Part shown: piece by piece, positions 59,101 through 64,000 of the stretch
Position numbering within the stretch: position 1 is the stretch's first letter
How the letters are laid out: every line of letters starts with the position of its first letter
IMG/VR virus record: IMGVR_UViG_3300028832_000095
Coordinates: 137,896-201,895 of that record
Strand: one strand, 5' to 3'
From: a virus
Taxonomy: Duplodnaviria; Caudoviricetes
Length of the DNA: 64,000 bases
Notes under the pieces: model-generated
The model's input: only the letters and a program-made list of their open reading frames with translations
Database searches by the model: none
What the model was told of the DNA's origin: nothing
Translations under genes and position numbers: made by a program

Positions 59101-59586
59101 ATGCTAAAACACGTTATGAAAAGCTGGTATGCTCATAACTCTAATTACAAAGAATGGGAAGATAAGGTCCTTAAATATATGAACAAGGAAGAATTTGAGG
59201 ACCTTATATTCTTCCTCAAAGATTTGTATAATAGAGAAATTGGAATAGATAGTTATGTATTAAAGTTTGATTCTTTAACAAATAAGATCTCCTTTATATC
59301 TACTCCGGATTGGGATACTGAGAATGAACCTACTGTTGGTGATTCTATTTGTGCTTGGGTAGATGATAATGGAGAATTTCAGGCAAAGAAAATTAAAGGA
59401 AAGAATCAAATTTATCATAACAAGTGGCAATTCGTTCAACCTAACTATTCTGGCTTCGATGTAGAAGCCGCCAAAGAAAGAACAGATCTTTGGAATTCAA
59501 TTTCAGACATTAACAAACATAAATCCAGAATAGGATATAGAAGTTATTGGAATCAATTATTAAATGATAATGGAATTCCACTATGA
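59101..59586 (+). CDS. hypothetical protein resembling the C-terminal domain of phosphorothioation-associated methyltransferases
   Basis: KISF..PDWD..EP..S..IYHNKWQFV..Y..SRIG....W. Confidence 0.55.
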   Translation: MLKHVMKSWYAHNSNYKEWEDKVLKYMNKEEFEDLIFFLKDLYNREIGIDSYVLKFDSLTNKISFISTPDWDTENEPTVGDSICAWVDDNGEFQAKKIKGKNQIYHNKWQFVQPNYSGFDVEAAKERTDLWNSISDINKHKSRIGYRSYWNQLLNDNGIPL

Positions 59587-59597
59587 AGGGTGATTTT

Positions 59598-59936
59598 ATG
59601 AAACTACGAATTAAAGAATGGACAAAGGTAACATACTCAAAATCTAAGAAACACACCGAAAAAATATTGCTCGGAAGTGGTAAATTATGTATTAGACCAC
59701 TATGATATTCCAACAGCTATTTATTATGATAAAGTCTCTTGGGAAAATATGCTGGGAATTATGGCATTTCTATACCAAATATAACTGATGAAGATCTAAG
59801 AAATACTATTGTAAGAGATGTAAAAATTTATTTCAGACAAAGGGATATTATAGTAAGAATTTATAGTTCTGGTACCACGGTTAGAATATATGTAAAACCT
59901 TATGACACTGGTAAAAACATAAGTGATGATATTTGA
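59598..59936 (+). pseudogene. MKLRIKE-leader gene broken by two compensating indels
   Basis: one extra A in A6 59659-64 and one missing base near 59741-47 restore a continuous ORF. Confidence 0.5.
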
Positions 59937-59984
59937 GATTGATAGTAGGAAGAATGTTAAATATCTAAAATTATTCAAAACCAC

Positions 59985-60013
59985 TTGACATTTCTCTTAA
60001 TATGTGTTATACT
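59985..60013 (+). promoter_or_regulatory. sigmaA-type promoter
   Basis: TTGACA-17nt-TATACT with TG extension. Confidence 0.85.
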
Positions 60014-60067
60014 ATATTTACAAAAGTATATTTGAAAATATGAACATATATCTGGGAGGAAATAATT

Positions 60068-60199
60068 ATGTTGAAATATGGTATCTACACTATTGAATAC
60101 TGGACACGGTTACCGTTAAAAGATCCAATGACTATTGCAAAGTGGATAGATATTGACGTTAAACCTGATTTTGAATCTGACAACTTGGAAGATGTGTAA
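60068..60199 (+). CDS. 43-aa early peptide (not in ORF track)
   Basis: GGGAGG RBS; first ORF after the promoter. Confidence 0.6.
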   Translation: MLKYGIYTIEYWTRLPLKDPMTIAKWIDIDVKPDFESDNLEDV

Positions 60200-60215
60200 T
60201 ATCGGAGGTGATTAT

Positions 60216-60713
60216 ATGAAACTCAGAATTCCAGAAAGTTCGGATTGGAATACAAACACAAAGAATGAAAAAATAAATTTCATCAGAACTATAATGAAAG
60301 AGGATAATGATTATGTTGGTGACCCTTGTGTTGGTATTTTTTGGTATGATTCAAATAAAAAAGAATTATTTGGGGTTCGTTCGAATATCGCAGAAGATAC
60401 GCAGTATCATCTATCCCCTATGACACACCAAGAGATTAGAACAACAAAATTTTTGCACTATTCTGTATGGCAAAAAGAATGCAATAAAAAAGTTGATCAA
60501 AGATTTCAAACAATGGACTATACCAAGTATCCAAGGGGTAGGGTTTTTCAAGTTAAGAATAAGGGATTTGAAGTCTATGTTGGAACATGGATTAACGATT
60601 ATCCGGAGTGTAAATCCTTAGTTATTGAAGAATTTGATTTACCAGATAATACTGAATTTATTATTGATTCCCATTGGGATCTTGGTCATGGTTGGTCAGA
60701 CAAAGACTTTTAA
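60216..60713 (+). CDS. GIFW/H..W/PRGRV-family protein with MKLRIPES leader
   Basis: GGAGGTG RBS; VGIFWY..LHYSVW..YPRGRV. Confidence 0.8.
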   Translation: MKLRIPESSDWNTNTKNEKINFIRTIMKEDNDYVGDPCVGIFWYDSNKKELFGVRSNIAEDTQYHLSPMTHQEIRTTKFLHYSVWQKECNKKVDQRFQTMDYTKYPRGRVFQVKNKGFEVYVGTWINDYPECKSLVIEEFDLPDNTEFIIDSHWDLGHGWSDKDF

Positions 60714-60732
60714 TCATATTTGGTGATATTTT

Positions 60733-61164
60733 ATGATATTAAAAGAAAGTCCTGTATATCCATATGAAGGATATTTTTGGATAATAAATAATGAAGTTAT
60801 AGGTATAACCTCAGAAGTACCACACTATAATTACGACTATTCCCTGAACGGTAAAACACATCAAAATACATGGAGTAAGTTTAGTAAAGATTATTTGGTT
60901 GGTGGTAAAGAAGTTGCTTGGGATTACTTTCCTCGCGGCAGAATTATGATTGATCCAAATTATGACTTGAATGGTAAGTTTGAAGATTATTCCTGTATAG
61001 TGTTTTTGGATAAGTGCATAAATAATGTCCAATGCAAACAATTGATTACAGATTATTATAATTTGGACTTGCTAACGATTCCACATATTATGTGGACTAT
61101 GCTTGGAGAACGGGCAGGAATAGATCATTATACTTGTCATAATTGTAAAAATGGAGGATTTTGA
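60733..61164 (+). CDS. GYFW/H..W/PRGRI-family protein (close paralog of 20080)
   Basis: EGYFWII..THQNTW..WDYFPRGRI..HYTCHNCK. Confidence 0.8.
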   Translation: MILKESPVYPYEGYFWIINNEVIGITSEVPHYNYDYSLNGKTHQNTWSKFSKDYLVGGKEVAWDYFPRGRIMIDPNYDLNGKFEDYSCIVFLDKCINNVQCKQLITDYYNLDLLTIPHIMWTMLGERAGIDHYTCHNCKNGGF

Positions 61165-61165
61165 T

Positions 61166-61492
61166 ATGAGTGATGAAGTAATCAGATTTTTGCTTAATAA
61201 TTATTTTTCGGATAAGTTTGCAGAAACAGATGATGTTTATATTAGGGTATTTGAGATGTGCTCTAATTGTGGTAATTTATGGTCATTAAGTATTTACAAT
61301 AATGGTGATTGGCTTATTACCAATGAGTTTTCACAACCATGTTGGCAAAATGGTTATAATGTAATACATCAAGACAACAAATTCAAGATAGAAAATGTAC
61401 CTTGGTTTAGTAAAGAAATTCCGGAAAAAGTATCTACTATTAAAGATGTTGAAATTCTAATAAAATTTGTAGAGTCCTATAAACACAATTAA
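61166..61492 (+). CDS. hypothetical protein
   Basis: GGAGG RBS; CSNCG. Confidence 0.65.
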   Translation: MSDEVIRFLLNNYFSDKFAETDDVYIRVFEMCSNCGNLWSLSIYNNGDWLITNEFSQPCWQNGYNVIHQDNKFKIENVPWFSKEIPEKVSTIKDVEILIKFVESYKHN

Positions 61493-61507
61493 GGAGTTGG
61501 TTTATTT

Positions 61508-62176
61508 ATGAAACTGATTATCAAAGAAGAAAAATATGATCTTTCTTGGAAAGAACATGATGTAAAAATGAGAGTTGATGGAGAAATGGGAACATATCCG
61601 TCATATGCAAAAAGAGTTGGAAATTTAGTAGTAAACATTGACCCGGAGGTATTCAATAATGGAGAATTTGGATATACTGTTTACTATACTCCGCATATCG
61701 GTAAAGCAGGATTTAAGAAATCTGAATCTGGTTTTATGAATAGTTCTGAAGCTATTGATTATGCGGATACATATATTTTTGGTGCTGATGATTTTTATGA
61801 ATCAACATACTATAAAGGTGGAAAAGAATCTATTAAAACAGAGGGTTTTGGAATTGAGGATGCTCCGGGACTTTATAAACGTATATATAAAATAATTAGT
61901 GATAATCATATAAATGCTGATATTGTAGATACAGATGATAGTGATGATTATGGTTTTGTTGAACTTGATGTTGACGGCGACTGGAAGCATGATCACCTTA
62001 GATTAAAGTATCTGCTTAATCAGGCATTTAATACTGTTATCTGGAGAGAAAAAGAAAACTTCCCTAGTGATGAAGATTGTTTTAGAGCAATATATATGGT
62101 ATATCTAGCTGATCCTAAAGACGATTCTTATACAGAATCCGTAAGAAAAAGAATCAGATCTAAAAGGAAATCTTAA
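61508..62176 (+). CDS. two-module protein with MKLIIKEE leader
   Basis: linker FYES..KESIKTEG; basic tail YTESVRKRIRSKRKS. Confidence 0.75.
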   Translation: MKLIIKEEKYDLSWKEHDVKMRVDGEMGTYPSYAKRVGNLVVNIDPEVFNNGEFGYTVYYTPHIGKAGFKKSESGFMNSSEAIDYADTYIFGADDFYESTYYKGGKESIKTEGFGIEDAPGLYKRIYKIISDNHINADIVDTDDSDDYGFVELDVDGDWKHDHLRLKYLLNQAFNTVIWREKENFPSDEDCFRAIYMVYLADPKDDSYTESVRKRIRSKRKS

Positions 62177-62223
62177 GAATAATATTAAATAACTTATTTT
62201 TGAATGTAAGGGAATGAATTATT

Positions 62224-63300
62224 ATGATTAAACTATTTATGGAAAACGATTATTCAGAAACAGATGAATTTACTCTTATTAAAGAGATGAATCACTGGAT
62301 CAACTACCTAAAGAAATTCTTTGTTGATGATAAGAAAGCTCAAAAAGTTATTGCTGATTATTTCTACTACGATGATGGCGCTCATCAAGAAGACTTCAAA
62401 GAGCTTCAATCAACTGTAAAAACTCTCAGAAAATTGTGGAAGAAGTTAGATGCTATTACAGAGGATGCGGAAGAAAAAGAATATAAAGAGAAGAATAAAA
62501 AAGAATCCTACAAAAGACTTCATGAACAGGATGTAGAGATAGAAGTAAAACACGAAGGCATTCTTGAGGTTCCGGAAGGAAAGAATGTAGATGATCTTCC
62601 TATGTCTCATTTCGAGAAACTTGTAAAGAAAAATGGTCTTTCTAAAATTACAAAAGCTCTGAATAATTTACAAGTTTGGAATAAGAATGATAATAAAAAA
62701 CTTTCTAAATGGGCAGGAGATATGATTGATAAACTTACTAAAAAATATGGTAAGAATGAATCAATTTCCGTAAAGAGATTCAATGAGGGTTGGCATAATG
62801 GAGATGCAATTATAACATTTACACATAACGATGATCTTGAAGCCGATCTTGAAGAATTCCTATTTGATATCTTCAAAGATAATCCAGACGTATTTGATTT
62901 CGATTGGTCTGGAAGTAATACAAACTTATATCTGGCTTGTAATAAAGATGATTATGACTACATTAAATGGTTTATAGAGGATTGGAAAGATAAGCACAAA
63001 GATGAATATGATGAATCCTTGAAAGAAGATACATATAAATCATATTGGAAATATGATGTTGAAAGCCCTGTACTTAATAGAAATGAAGATAGTGACACAT
63101 ATCTTACAAAATACGACATAAAGAAGGTTAAACTAATTCCTTGTAAAACCCCAGAAGAATGTTACGAGGATGAAAGATATTGGGCTGTTTGTAATTACGA
63201 CTATCCACACGATGAATTTTATGGAACAAAACAAGAAGCATATGATATGTTATTAACATCATGGAACAACTCAACATATGAAAGAATTCATGATATTTAA
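62224..63300 (+). CDS. four-module protein with MIKLFME leader
   Basis: linkers KESYKRLHEQ, KNESISVKRFNEG, YDESLKED. Confidence 0.75.
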   Translation: MIKLFMENDYSETDEFTLIKEMNHWINYLKKFFVDDKKAQKVIADYFYYDDGAHQEDFKELQSTVKTLRKLWKKLDAITEDAEEKEYKEKNKKESYKRLHEQDVEIEVKHEGILEVPEGKNVDDLPMSHFEKLVKKNGLSKITKALNNLQVWNKNDNKKLSKWAGDMIDKLTKKYGKNESISVKRFNEGWHNGDAIITFTHNDDLEADLEEFLFDIFKDNPDVFDFDWSGSNTNLYLACNKDDYDYIKWFIEDWKDKHKDEYDESLKEDTYKSYWKYDVESPVLNRNEDSDTYLTKYDIKKVKLIPCKTPEECYEDERYWAVCNYDYPHDEFYGTKQEAYDMLLTSWNNSTYERIHDI

Positions 63301-63318
63301 GAATGGGTGGTGTATTAG

Positions 63319-64000
63319 ATGAAACTATTTATTGAAGAATATCCAAAACAGACAATACACAAAACAGATGAGTCCTTGAAAGAAGACTATATCAATATAG
63401 ATGGAGTTTATTATGATGATTATGAAATCTATAGAGAATACCATGATCTTATTAGATCAGACATAGTGAGCAAATTGCATGGAATATATTATGATGTCGG
63501 TGGAAACGAAGATGAATTTGTTATCGAAGCATTAGATAATGGTTTCTCTAAATTAGACATAGCGGCATTTCTTATGTATGCTGTAGAGGATAGTCTTTCT
63601 TTAAGAGAAATTAAAGCATTGTTTAAGTCATTAAATGTAAATTTAAAAGAATCCGGAATGTATGATTATTATGATACACCAAATAGTGCTTTTGATATGC
63701 ATAATGATATGCCTACACCGGAAGATGAATGGTGGGCTTCAATTCCATCTGAATTAAGAGCAGTTGTTCATGAGATGGAAGAACAAGGTTGGGAAGGTGT
63801 TGGATTTACGACAACTGGTGTTGATTATTGTATTTCCACCGAGGATAAAAATAGACCTGAACTATCATATGAAATGTGTATAAGCATTCATGACGGGGAT
63901 GATTCAGTATATCTTTCTAAATATGTTGATATCTTTGATTGGGATAAGGAAAAAGAAGTTTCCAGTATTCCAAATACATCCGGAGTAACTATTCAGAACT
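63319..64000 (+). CDS. acidic multi-module protein with MKLFIEE leader (runs off window end)
   Basis: open frame from ATG 63319 to the end; TDESLKED and NLKES motifs. Confidence 0.75.
   Translation, partial: MKLFIEEYPKQTIHKTDESLKEDYINIDGVYYDDYEIYREYHDLIRSDIVSKLHGIYYDVGGNEDEFVIEALDNGFSKLDIAAFLMYAVEDSLSLREIKALFKSLNVNLKESGMYDYYDTPNSAFDMHNDMPTPEDEWWASIPSELRAVVHEMEEQGWEGVGFTTTGVDYCISTEDKNRPELSYEMCISIHDGDDSVYLSKYVDIFDWDKEKEVSSIPNTSGVTIQN

Noticed and set aside
5130-62200. TAAATA as a T4-like late promoter
   Set aside because: Most instances coincide with TAA stop codons in AT-rich DNA, with no consistent spacing to structural genes.
369-62876. Numerous short minus-strand and nested ORFs in the six-frame track
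   Set aside because: They overlap longer + strand genes with good RBSs and look like antisense shadows. Only 41405, 43206 and 43582 have their own space and promoter.
1-64000. Stop-codon reassignment, as in some gut jumbo phages
   Set aside because: Known enzymes are full length under the standard code. The few broken genes are explained by frameshifts, not in-frame stops.
1-64000. CRISPR array, tRNA or rRNA genes
   Set aside because: No regularly spaced repeats and no full cloverleaf seen by eye. The T-loop-like element at about 15895 lacks D and anticodon arms.

Overview
This 64 kb window is a fragment of a large, AT-rich tailed dsDNA phage, probably of jumbo type. Genes are densely packed and almost all on the + strand. 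The host is probably a Firmicute (Clostridia, possibly Ruminococcus-like), inferred from GGAGG Shine-Dalgarno sites, 13 near-consensus sigmaA promoters, a GH25 endolysin and a dockerin motif. Recognisable functions are an NAD-dependent DNA ligase, a PRTase-like protein, an RlaP-like nucleotidyltransferase, a pyrimidine-dimer glycosylase, two calcineurin-like phosphoesterases, an Rnl1-type RNA ligase, a kinase-HD fusion, a 3D-domain protein, guanylate kinase, a GIY-YIG nuclease, tail fibres, an M15-GH25-PG-binding endolysin, NrdG, holin-like genes, a Dps-like domain and a SAM methyltransferase. The most striking unexplained pattern is about 20 otherwise unrelated, often acidic proteins, concentrated at 49.9-64 kb. 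They share a short M-(I)-K-L-x-(hydrophobic)-x-E leader, and the motif recurs internally as ES-basic-hydrophobic-x-E linkers. I infer a capsid-targeting and prohead-protease-processed cargo or polyprotein system. Other highlights are a secreted coiled-coil protein ending in a half-dockerin, a promoter-driven RNA of about 127 nt with competing terminator/antiterminator pairings, and a T-loop-like anti-SD hairpin ahead of the RNA ligase. Several homopolymer frameshifts suggest assembly indels. No tRNA, rRNA, CRISPR array or transposase was seen. All family assignments are motif recognition by eye; no database search was run.
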